Source: Lama guanicoe
Taxonomy: Eukaryota
Length of the DNA: 64,000 bases
Assembly (NCBI GenBank): GCA_013239625.1
Contig: MU057357.1
Span: 36,998,741 to 37,062,740 of the forward strand
Direction of reading: 5' to 3'
Positions 34,670 to 45,700 of the stretch are shown here, piece by piece (within the stretch, counting starts at the first letter, position 1; the number at the start of each line of letters is the position of its first letter). The notes under the pieces are model-generated. The model saw nothing but the letters and a program-made list of their open reading frames with translations. It did not search any database and had not been told where the DNA came from. A program made the position numbers and the translations under genes.

Positions 34670-34972
34670 ATGTTCCCAGTGAGCCAAAGAATGCTCGAGT
34701 CACCAAAGTCAACAAAGACTGCATATTTGTGGCATGGGACAGGCCAGACAGTGATGGAGGGAGCCCTATTACCGGTTACCTGATTGAACGCAAAGAGAGG
34801 AACAGTTTGCTCTGGGTGAAAGCTAACGACACTCCTGTCCGGTCAACTGAATACCCCTGTGCTGGCTTGGTAGAAGGCCTTGAGTATTCATTCAGAATCT
34901 ATGCCCTAAACAAAGCTGGATCCAGCCCACCCAGCAAACCCACTGAATATGTAACTGCAAGAATGCCAGTTG
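34670..34972 (+). CDS. TTN: TTN exon ~311, Fn3 A48
   Basis: 303 nt. Confidence 0.95.
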
Positions 34973-35124
34973 GTGAGTAATTTTCTTGGGGGGGTATTAT
35001 GAGGACACATTTCAATCTTGGGAATCTCTAAAGGTTACTACTTCTATTCAGGAATGTGTTCTGGGCAGTACTGTGAAATACATAAGGTTAAGATAAATGC
35101 TGAGAATATCTCTTCTGGTTTCAG

Positions 35125-35424
35125 ATCCTCCTGGAAAGCCTGAAGTTATTGATGTTACCAAGAGTACTGTATCCCTCATCTGGGCTCGTCCAAAGCATGA
35201 TGGAGGCAGTAAAATTGTTGGCTATTTCGTAGAAGCTTGCAAACTTCCTGGTGATAAGTGGGTACGGTGCAATACTTCCCCTCACCAGATTCCCCAGGAA
35301 GAGTACACAGCTACTGGCTTAGAAGAGAACGCTCAGTATCAATTTAGAGCAATTGCCAAGACTGCAGTAAACATCAGCCAGCCTTCTGAACCTTCGGATC
35401 CAGTGACCATCGTTGCAGAAAGTG
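35125..35424 (+). CDS. TTN: TTN exon ~312, Fn3 A49
   Basis: 300 nt. Confidence 0.95.
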
Positions 35425-35559
35425 GTAAGATTCTGTTGAACATTATAGGCAAGGTAGATAGGAGAAATATACATCATGAGTGCTAATAAAAAAATAAATC
35501 TACGTCTATGGAAAAAAGGACAAGTAAAAGGATAGGTACTTTATATACAGACACTAAAA

Positions 35560-35810
35560 ATTATGATTATGGAGAATCTTAACATGTTAAACTAAAAAGC
35601 AGTATACAAATCTGTGAGGACCGTCTAATTTTAACCATACACGTGCACAGAAAGATGACAAAGAAATGCACGAGAATGATAAGAGTGAAGCTTTAAGGAT
35701 GTTGAAGTGACAGGTGCTGTTTACTTTTTTCTTTATACTTTCAGCATTATCTGATTTCTACATTAAACCTGTATTTCTTTTGTAATGGATATGTTACTCA
35801 AAAAAAAAAT
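35560..35810 (+). mobile_element. Ancient L1ME-like 3' end
   Basis: TTTTTCTTTATACTTTCAGCATT..TTTCTACATTAAACCTGTATTTCTTTTGTAAT..A9; boundaries approximate. Confidence 0.5.
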
Positions 35811-35915
35811 CCCATCTTGAAAATGACAGAGCACGTGAATTTCCTACTTTTATTAACAAGAATTATATAATACAGCTTTGCATATATTAAATCCTTTTCT
35901 CTTCCTTCTTTCCAG

Positions 35916-36203
35916 TTCCTCCCAGGATAGACCTGAGTGTGGCTATGAAATCTTTGCTTACTGTGAAAGCTGGCACTAATGTTTGCCTGGATGCCACTGT
36001 TTTTGGTAAACCAATGCCCACAGTCTCTTGGAAGAAGGATGGCACGCCGCTGAAACCATCAGAAGGCATCAAGATGGCCATGAAGCGGAATCTGTGCACC
36101 CTGGAGCTGTTCAGCGTGAACCGAAAAGACTCAGGGGACTATACCATCACTGCTGAAAACGCAAGTGGCTCCAAATCGGCCACCATTAAGCTTAAAGTGT
36201 TAG
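35916..36203 (+). CDS. TTN: TTN exon ~313, Ig A50
   Basis: 288 nt. Confidence 0.95.
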
Positions 36204-36359
36204 GTAACTAAAGCATTCAATGAGAATCTCATGTTTCACTCTGGGTTAATGTGATGTAAGAGAATTTACAAAACAGTATGTGAGAAAAGATTACAAAAGA
36301 TACGTTAAGATAGGTAATCACGGAATTATCCTCATCACAGAACAACAGCGTTTTACGGC

Positions 36360-36520
36360 TAAAAAGACCATTAGAGATCACATATTCTAGGGCATAATTT
36401 TACACATGAGGAAATCAAGATTTGGAAAAATTAAGTAACTTCCAACGTTGTATAGGAGGTTAATGACAATCTAAGGACGGCAGCCCAGGTCTCTAGACCA
36501 CCACTCTACACTTTCCCCAT
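36360..36520 (-). mobile_element. MIR SINE relic
   Basis: ATTTTACACATGAGGAAA..TTAAGTAACTT..CCCAGGTCT core. Confidence 0.65.
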
Positions 36521-36568
36521 TTCATGTGTGTTAGTGAAAGACTTGACTTTCCTTTCTTATCCTTTCAG

Positions 36569-36865
36569 ATAAACCAGGTCCTCCAGCATCCGTAAAAATC
36601 AACAAAATGTATTCAGATCGTGCAATGCTTTCTTGGGAACCTCCTCTTGAAGATGGAGGCTCAGAAATCACCAACTATATTGTTGACAAACGTGAAACGA
36701 GCAGACCCAACTGGGCACAAGTGTCTGCTACTGTACCCATCACCAGCTGCAGCGTGGAGAAGCTGATAGAGGGCCATGAGTATCAGTTCCGGATTTGTGC
36801 TGAAAATAAGTACGGAGTGGGCGATCCGATCATAACTGAACCAGCAATTGCTAAAAACCCATACG
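36569..36865 (+). CDS. TTN: TTN exon ~314, Fn3 A51
   Basis: 297 nt. Confidence 0.95.
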
Positions 36866-36954
36866 GTAGGAACGTTTTGCTATGGTTTTTCATTTCACTT
36901 TTTGGATATTACCTTTTAGCCTGGGATAGTAATTAGTTCAATCAATCTCTGCAG

Positions 36955-37257
36955 ACCCACCTGGACGCTGTGATCCTCCTGTTATTAGCAACATAACCAA
37001 AGATCACATGACAGTAAGCTGGAAACCACCAGCAGATGATGGCGGCTCACCCATCACTGGCTATTTGCTTGAGAAGCGGGAAACCCAGGCAGTTAACTGG
37101 ACCAAGGTCAACAGAAAACCCGTTATAGAAAGAACGATAAAAGCAACAGGTCTCCAAGAAGGCACTGAATACGAGTTCCGAGTTACAGCTATAAATAAGG
37201 CTGGACCAGGCAAACCCAGTGATGCATCCAAAGCTGCGTATGCCCAAGACCCTCTGT
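36955..37257 (+). CDS. TTN: TTN exon ~315, Fn3 A52
   Basis: 303 nt. Confidence 0.95.
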
Positions 37258-37358
37258 GTAAGTTTTCATGAAAGAATCCCATATCCTGTATTATCATCAG
37301 CACTGAACCATCAGGAATGAGATTTTAATGAAAATTTCCTATTATTATGTATCCTCAG

Positions 37359-37664
37359 ATCCTCCGGGCCCACCAGCTTTCCCCAAAGTATATGATACAA
37401 CCCGCAGCTCCGTGAGTCTATCTTGGGGCAAGCCAGCCTATGACGGTGGTAGTCCTATCATTGGCTACCTTGTTGAAGTAAAACGAGCTGACTCGGATAA
37501 CTGGGTGAGGTGCAATTTACCACAGAAGTTACAGAAAACCCGCTTTGAGGTCACTGGCCTAATGGAAAACACAGAGTATCAGTTCCGCGTGTATGCCGTT
37601 AATAAGATTGGCTACAGTGACCCCAGTGATGTGCCTGATAAACACTGTCCCAAGGACATCTTAA
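37359..37664 (+). CDS. TTN: TTN exon ~316, Fn3 A53
   Basis: 306 nt. Confidence 0.95.
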
Positions 37665-37875
37665 GTAAGTATTACTGGGAGAAATGTACAGAGCTTTCCC
37701 ATCAGTCATCTTCTAAGAGGGAGTAGAGAACTCCCTTACGCAGATTTACAACCCTTACAAGTGTTAGGGCTGGTAACTCTACAGGCGCATTTTAGGAGAG
37801 CTGTGTTGGTACTTTATTGTGTAACAAGCCAAACGGAAAGCAAGGTGATCTGTGGCTTTGAAATGCTTTTCTTAC

Positions 37876-37923
37876 CTGAGAATTTCCTGTCTTCAAAAGA
37901 ATGTGGAATATAGGAATTTCAGT
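37876..37923 (-). ncRNA. Candidate antisense exon (TTN-AS1-like), 48 nt
   Basis: Minus strand: TCTTTTTGTTCTCAG| ... CAG|GTAAGA; no transcript evidence available. Confidence 0.4.
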
Positions 37924-38051
37924 CTGAGAACAAAAAGATTTTTTTAACTAGGTGGTGAGCTACTTATTCTTAGGTTTTTATTTTTTCTTCTAATCCACCC
38001 CTGTCCGTACGTATGTAATTGGTAGTGCTCCATCTTAATTTCCTTTCTCAC

Positions 38052-38142
38052 CGTTTCTTCTAGTCACTTATTCTCCCTAACCATTTCTCCTTTTACTCTG
38101 AATTACTTGGTATTACACTTCACCCTCTCTGTACTTTCCTTC
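38052..38142 (-). ncRNA. Candidate antisense exon (TTN-AS1-like), 91 nt
   Basis: Minus strand: branch CTGAC, TTTCTTTATTTCATTGTAG| ... ACG|GTGAGA; no transcript evidence available. Confidence 0.4.
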
Positions 38143-38512
38143 CTACAATGAAATAAAGAAAGTCAGAGTACGTAATAGAGTGCCTTCACTGGAATAAATC
38201 CAAGAACCAATCATCTACTTTTAATATACAGATAATTTAAGAGGATGTAAGGTTCATGAGAAAAGGAGATGCAGATCCTCCAAGGAAAACTCAGTTCATC
38301 CTATAGAATATTGGAAAGTAGAAAGGTCGATAATTGCTATAGAGTAATGAAATAGTTGGCCAAAGTTTTAAAGATTACATTAAGGATTTTTTAAAGAAGT
38401 AGACATCAGTTTTGGAAGAGAAACCTATTTTAGGAGTGATCAGGCCAGTCCTTGGAAATACATTTGACCATTAAATTATTACTTTAACTTTCTTCACTCC
38501 AAAATTAAACAG

Positions 38513-38800
38513 TTCCACCAGAGGGAGAACTTGATGCTGATTTGAGGAAAACACTCATATTACGTGCTGGAGTTACAATGAGACTGTACGTACCAGTAAA
38601 AGGACGTCCACCTCCCAAGATAACTTGGTCTAAACCAAACGTCAATCTAAGAGAAAGGATTGGACTGGACATCAAGTCAACTGACTTTGACACTTTCTTG
38701 CGCTGTGAAAACGTGAACAAGTATGACGCAGGAAAATACATCTTGACTCTGGAGAACAGCTGTGGTAAAAAGGAATATACCATTGTAGTGAAAGTGCTTG
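38513..38800 (+). CDS. TTN: TTN exon ~317, Ig A54
   Basis: 288 nt. Confidence 0.94.
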
Positions 38801-38895
38801 GTAAGTCTACTTGGAAAAACAATCATATGTATGTTAAAAAGACAGTGTATTTATTTTTTACGTATTCATTTCTTATTTACCCACTATTTATCCAG

Positions 38896-39186
38896 ATACT
38901 CCTGGGCCACCTGTCAATGTGACTGTCAAGGAAATATCCAAAGATTCTGCTTATGTTACCTGGGATCCTCCCATTATCGATGGCGGAAGCCCCATCATAA
39001 ACTACGTGGTAGAAAAACGTGACGCAGAGAGGAAGTCCTGGTCTACCGTGACAACGGAGTGCTCAAAAACAAGCTTCAGAGTCTCGAACTTGGAGGAGGG
39101 AAAATCCTACTTCTTCAGGGTGTTTGCTGAAAACGAGTACGGCATTGGTGATCCTGGTGAAACGCGTGATGCCGTCAAAGCTTCCG
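38896..39186 (+). CDS. TTN: TTN exon ~318, Fn3 A55
   Basis: 291 nt. Confidence 0.95.
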
Positions 39187-39275
39187 GTGAGCAAGCGAGC
39201 TACCACCCCTTCATTTTGAGTGACATTTACCTTGGTTATCGGGGGCTCGGACTTATCATTTCTCCTTTGCTTTAG

Positions 39276-39563
39276 AAACCCCTGGACCAGTTGTGGATCT
39301 GAAAGTGACTTCTCTCACGAAGTCATCTTGTAGCATAGCCTGGAAAAAGCCTCGCAGTGATGGTGGAAGTCGAATTATCGGATATGTAGTCGATTTCCTG
39401 ACTGAAGAAAATAAGTGGCAACGAGTTATGAAATCATTAAGCTTACAGTACTCCACAAAAGAGTTGACTGAAGGGAAGGAATATACCTTCAGAGTGAGTG
39501 CTGAGAATGAAAATGGAGAAGGGACCCCAAGTGAAATCAGCGTTGTGGCAAAGGATGATGTTG
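39276..39563 (+). CDS. TTN: TTN exon ~319, Fn3 A56
   Basis: 288 nt. Confidence 0.95.
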
Positions 39564-39725
39564 GTAAGCCTTAAGCCATCATCTTCATCTTCCTTTTGTC
39601 ATCAAAAGTACATTCTTGAGCCCTACTCACTGGCTTATATAAAAATCCTTTAAAAACTGTAATGATCTGAAAAAATTAATTGCCTGGCATTAAAAATAAC
39701 CGTAACTTATAACTCTGTTTAACAG

Positions 39726-40313
39726 TGGCTCCTGACCTTGACTTGAAGGATCTACCTGATTTGTGCTATGTGGCAAAAGAAAACAGCAACTTCCGTCTTA
39801 AGATCCCCATAAAAGGCAAGCCAGCACCATCTGTGTCCTGGAAGAAAGGGGAAGACCCTCTAGCAACTGACACAAGAGTCAGTGTTGAGTCATCTGCAGT
39901 TAACACAACTCTTGTANNNNNNNNNNNNNNNNNNNNNNNNNNNNNNNNNNNNNNNNNNNNNNNNNNNNNNNNNNNNNNNNNNNNNNNNNNNNNNNNNNNN
40001 NNNNNNNNNNNNNNNNNNNNNNNNNNNNNNNNNNNNNNNNNNNNNNNNNNNNNNNNNNNNNNNNAAGCCATCACCTTGAAGTGGGGTCCTCCAAAGGACG
40101 ACGGAGGTTCTGAAATCACCAACTATATCCTAGAGAAGAGAGATTCTGTAAACAATAAGTGGGTGACATGTGCCTCAGCTGTCCAGAAGACCACCTTCAG
40201 AGTAATGAGACTTCACGAGGGTATGGAATACACCTTCAGGGTCAGTGCGGAAAATAAATACGGTGTAGGAGAGGGCCTGAAATCGGAGCCAATTGTTGCT
40301 AAACATCCATTTG
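39726..40313 (+). CDS. TTN: TTN exon ~320, Ig A57 + Fn3 A58 (partly N)
   Basis: 588 nt, frame kept across N 39917-40064. Confidence 0.92.
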
Positions 40314-40414
40314 GTAAGTGTCTCAAGGTCAGAAAAACATGAAGCCAAACATGGTTTTGGCTTATTTATAATATGTTCCCTATTGTAAATCTTGCATTAC
40401 CTACCTTTTCCTAG

Positions 40415-40519
40415 ATGTGCCCGATGCTCCCCCACCTCCCAATATTGTGGATGTCAGACATGATTCCGTATCTCTAACTTGGACTGACCCCAGGAAAACT
40501 GGTGGCTCTCCAATTACAG
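40415..40519 (+). CDS. TTN: TTN exon ~321, Fn3 A59 N-part
   Basis: 105 nt; [16 protein letters not shown]. Confidence 0.92.
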
Positions 40520-40983
40520 GTATTTAGTTTGTGCTTATCTTATAGCATGTACATTAATATTTTTTCCAAATCTTCCTCCCTGAAAACAAGTTGAATGTGT
40601 GCTCCTTATTTATAGCACTATCTGCACATACAAAAATGTATTTTCCTTTTGGTACATTATGCATTTGGTACATTAAGCTAATGCTTAATTTCAATGAAAA
40701 CCTCCTAATATAATAGTAATGGCTTTCTTAATAATACCTATTTTTGTAAGTTAAAATTTTCCCACAGAAGGTACAATATGTATATTCCAAGAGAAAAAAA
40801 ATGGCCCTATGACTAGATAATAAAAGTTTAGATTCTAGTAAGAATGATTATTTATTCCGTATGTCCATATATAAGTTACTTAGGCAAAAACATACATATG
40901 TTTGTGTGTGTATATATATATTTAAAAATCAGGCTACATTTGTAGTTTCTATGTGAATTGACACATCACTGGGTCTTTTGTAG

Positions 40984-41181
40984 GGTATCATATCGAATTC
41001 AAGGAAAGAAACAGCCTTTTGTGGAAAAGAGCTAACAAGACTCCTATTAGGATGAAAGACTTCAAAGTGACAGGTCTAACTGAAGGTCTAGAATATGAAT
41101 TCCGAGTCATGGCAATCAATTTAGCAGGAGTAGGCAAGCCAAGCCTGCCATCAGAGCCAGTTGTGGCACTTGATCCAATTG
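40984..41181 (+). CDS. TTN: TTN exon ~322, Fn3 A59 C-part
   Basis: 198 nt; pair sums to 303. Confidence 0.93.
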
Positions 41182-41300
41182 GTGAGTCATTATACCAAGA
41201 AAAACCCAGGTGTATTTTCTTCATAAAGAAAACATTGGTTTGTGTTTGACTGTTTTTTGTGTGTCTCTCTCTCTTTTTTTTTTTTTTTGCTTTATTTTAG

Positions 41301-41597
41301 ATCCTCCTGGCAAACCTGAGGTTATTAATGTAACAAGGAATTCAGTGACTCTCATTTGGACTGAACCCAAATATGATGGTGGTCATAAGTTGACTGGATA
41401 CATAGTGGAGAAGCGAGATCTTCCCTCTAAGACTTGGATGAAAGCCAACCATGTTAATGTCCCAGACTGTGCCTTTACTGTAACTGACCTTGTCGAGGGT
41501 GGAAAATATGAATTCAGAATTAGAGCAAAGAATACAGCAGGGGCTATCAGTGCTCCATCAGAAAGTACAGGAACCATCATTTGCAAGGATGAATACG
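41301..41597 (+). CDS. TTN: TTN exon ~323, Fn3 A60
   Basis: 297 nt. Confidence 0.95.
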
Positions 41598-41685
41598 GTA
41601 AGTCTATTTACTTTTTATGCACATTAAAAAAAATAGCAAAGTAAGCCTCCTTCCTTTTCTGATTAAGTTATTTTTTTCTTTGCAG

Positions 41686-42273
41686 AGGCACCAACCATTG
41701 TCCTTGATCCCACAATAAAAGATGGGCTAACAGTTAAAGCAGGAGACACTATTGTTTTGAGTGCCATCAGCATTCTTGGCAAGCCCCTTCCAAAGTCAAC
41801 TTGGTCCAAGGCAGGAAAAGACATAAGACCATCAGATATTGTTCAGGTATCTTCGACTCCAACATCTTCCATGCTCGCTATCAAGTATGCCACTAGAAAA
41901 GATGCTGGTGAATATACCATCACTGCTACCAATCCTTTTGGCACAAAGGGGGAACATGTGAAGGTGACCGTCCTCGATGTACCTGGTCCCCCAGGTCCCA
42001 TCGAAATCAGTAATGTTTCTGCTGAGAAAGCAACACTTACATGGACACCTCCCTTGGAAGATGGTGGCTCACCCATTAAGTCCTACATTCTTGAAAAGAG
42101 AGAAACCAGCCGACTTTTGTGGACAGTGGTTGCTGAAGATATTCAGTCTTGCAGGCATGTGGCAACCAAACTTATCCAAGGAAATGAGTACCTCTTCCGA
42201 GTCTCAGCTGTAAACCAGTATGGCAAAGGAGAACCTGTAGAGTCTGAACCTGTCAAGATGGTAGACAGATTTG
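41686..42273 (+). CDS. TTN: TTN exon ~324, Ig A61 + Fn3 A62
   Basis: 588 nt. Confidence 0.95.
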
Positions 42274-42364
42274 GTATGTAGAGCATGCAAGGGAACCGAC
42301 ATGTAAACATTTGCAGCAGAGTTGAGAAAATCATAGATTTCTCATAAATTTGCTTCCTTTTCAG

Positions 42365-42667
42365 GTCCCCCTGGCCCTCCTGGAAAACCAGATGTGTCAA
42401 ACGTCACTAAAAATACTGCCACTATCAACTGGAAAAGACCAGTTGATGATGGTGGCAGTGAGATCACAGGATACCATGTAGAAAGGAGAGAGAAGAAAGG
42501 CTTGCGATGGGTGAGAGCAACAAAGACGCCAGTTTCCGATCTCAGATGCAAAGTAACAGGACTGCAAGAAGGAAACACCTACGAATTCCGTGTCAGTGCA
42601 GAGAACAAAGCAGGAATTGGTCCACCTAGTGAGGCTTCAAATCCTGTCCTAATGAAAGATGTGGCAT
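42365..42667 (+). CDS. TTN: TTN exon ~325, Fn3 A63
   Basis: 303 nt; donor CAT|GTTAGT. Confidence 0.93.
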
Positions 42668-42775
42668 GTTAGTATTTATCTTTTTCAGCACAGCTCATTT
42701 GGGAGTGCCAGTATTTTATATAATTTATACAAAAGCCAAACTCTTCACACATTTGTGTCATTGTGTCTTTTTCAG

Positions 42776-45700
42776 ACCCCCCAGGACCACCTTCAAATGC
42801 ACGTGTCACCGATACTACCAAGAAATCTGCTTCGTTGGCTTGGGGCAAGCCTCACTATGATGGTGGACTTGAAATCACTGGCTATGTCGTAGAGCATCAA
42901 AAAGTAGGGGATGATGCCTGGATAAAGGATACAACAGGAACTGCCCTCAGAATCACTCAGTTCGTTGTCCCTGATCTTCAGACTAAAGAAAAATACAATT
43001 TTAGAATCAGTGCCATCAACGATGCAGGTGTTGGGGAGCCAGCAGTGATTCCAGACGTTGAAATTGTAGAACGGGAAATGGCTCCTGATTTTGAACTAGA
43101 TGCTGAGCTTCGAAGAACGCTTGTCGTGAGAGCAGGACTCAGTATTAGAATATTCGTGCCAATCAAAGGTCGTCCTGCTCCTGAAGTGACATGGACCAAA
43201 GATGATATCAACCTTAAAAACCGAGCTAACATCGAAAATACAGAATCATTTACTCTCCTGATTATCCCAGAATGTAACAGGTATGACACCGGTAAATTTG
43301 TGATGACCATCGAAAACCCTGCTGGGAAGAAAAGTGGCTTCGTGAACGTCCGAGTCTTGGATACACCAGGACCCGTCCTTAACCTGAGGCCTACGGACGT
43401 CACAAAGGAGAGTGTCACCCTGCACTGGGACCTCCCTCTGATAGACGGGGGCTCGCGTATCACAAACTATATTGTGGAGAAACGAGAAGCAACACGGAAA
43501 TCTTACTCCACGGTCACCACCAAGTGCCACAAGTGCACATATAAAGTTACTGGCTTGTCTGAAGGATGTGAATACTTTTTCAGAGTCATGGCAGAAAACG
43601 AATATGGAATCGGGGAGCCAGCAGAAACCACGGAGCCTGTAAAGGCCTCCGAAGCACCATCACCACCAGACAGTCTCAACATTATGGACATAACCAAGAG
43701 CACAGTCAGCCTGGCATGGCCTAAACCAAAACACGATGGTGGCAGTAGGATCACTGGCTACGTGATTGAAGCCCAAAGGAAAGGCTCTGATCAGTGGACC
43801 CACATCACAACAGTGAAGGGACTGGAATGTGTGGTGAAGAATCTCACTGAAGGGGAGGAATACACCTTCCAAGTGATGGCGGTGAACAGTGCAGGGAGAA
43901 GTGCCCCCAGAGAGAGCAGGCCTGTCGTCGTCAAGGAGCAGACGATGCTTCCAGCATTGGATCTCCGCGGCATTTATCAGAAATTAGTCATTGCTAAAGC
44001 TGGTGACAACATCAAAGTTGAAATTCCAGTGCTTGGTCGACCAAAGCCCACAGTTACATGGAAAAAAGGAGACCAGATTCTTAAACAGACCCAGAGAGTT
44101 AATTTTGAAAATACAGCAACTTCAACCATCTTAAATATCAACGAGTGTGTAAGAAGTGATAGTGGGCCCTACCCATTAACAGCAAGGAACATTGTGGGAG
44201 AGGTGGGTGACGTCATCACCATTCAAGTCCACGATATCCCAGGGCCACCTACTGGACCAATCAAATTTGATGAAGTTTCATCTGATTTTGTCACCTTCTC
44301 TTGGGACCCACCTGAGAATGATGGCGGTGTACCAATAAGCAACTACGTAGTAGAAATGCGACAGACTGACAGCACCACGTGGGCTGAGCTGGCAACTACC
44401 GTTATACGCACCACCTACAAAGCCACTCGCCTTACTACCGGAATGGAATATCAATTCCGGGTAAAAGCTCAAAACAGATACGGAGTTGGACCAGGCATCA
44501 CATCAGCATCAGTAGTTGCCAACTATCCGTTTAAGGTTCCTGGGCCTCCTGGTACCCCTCAGGTAACTGCAGTTTCCAAGGAGGCAATAACAATTAGCTG
44601 GCACGAGCCTCTTTCCGATGGTGGAAGCCCCATTTTAGGATATCACATTGAAAGAAAAGAACGAAATGGCATCCTCTGGCAGACAGTGAGCAAAGCGTTG
44701 GTACCAGGCAACATCTTCAAATCAAGTGGACTTACGGACGGTATTGCTTATGAATTCCGAGTGATTGCAGTAAACATGGCAGGCAAGAGCAAGCCGAGCA
44801 AGCCGTCAGAGCCTGCGTTAGCTCTGGATCCCATTGACCCACCTGGGAAACCAGTTCCTCTCAATATTACAAGACACACAGTGACACTCAAATGGGCCAA
44901 ACCTGAATATACTGGAGGCTTTAAAATTACCAGCTATATAGTTGAAAAGAGAGACCTTCCTAATGGACGGTGGCTGAAGGCCAACTTCAGCAACATTTTG
45001 GAGAATGAATTTACAGTCAGTGGCCTAACAGAAGATGCTAGATATGAATTCCGTGTGATTGCCAAAAATGCTGCTGGGGCTATTAGCCCACCGTCTGAGC
45101 CATCAGATGCTATCACATGCAGGGATGACCTTGAAGCACCACGGATAATGGTGGATGTCAAATTTAAGGACACGATTACAGTAAAAGCAGGCGAAGCCTT
45201 CAAACTGGAAGCTGATGTTGCAGGCCGCCCCCCTCCAACAATGGAATGGACCAAAGACGGAAAGGAGCTTGAAAATACAGCAAAATTAGAAATTAAAACA
45301 GCTGATTTCTCTACTAATCTGGTAAACAAGGACTCATTAAGAAGGGATGGTGGTGCCTATACCCTGACAGCAACTAATCCTGGTGGTTTTGCTAAACACA
45401 TCTTCAACGTCAAAGTTCTTGACAGACCAGGCCCACCTGAAGGACCTTTAGCTGTATCTGAAGTGACATCAGAAAAATGTGTATTGTCATGGTTGCCACC
45501 ACTGGATGACGGGGGTGCCAAAATAGATCATTATGTAGTTCAGAAACGTGAAACCAGCAGGCTGGCCTGGACCAATGTAGCCTCAGAAGTCCAAGTGACA
45601 AAACTAAAGGTCACTAAACTTTTGAAAGGCAACGAATACATATTCCGTGTCATGGCTGTAAATAAATATGGAGTTGGAGAGCCACTGGAATCAGAGCCTG

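Noticed and set aside
40648-40689. 12-nt direct repeat TTTGGTACATTA and adjacent 7-bp hairpin
   Set aside because: Minor slippage product with no supporting context.
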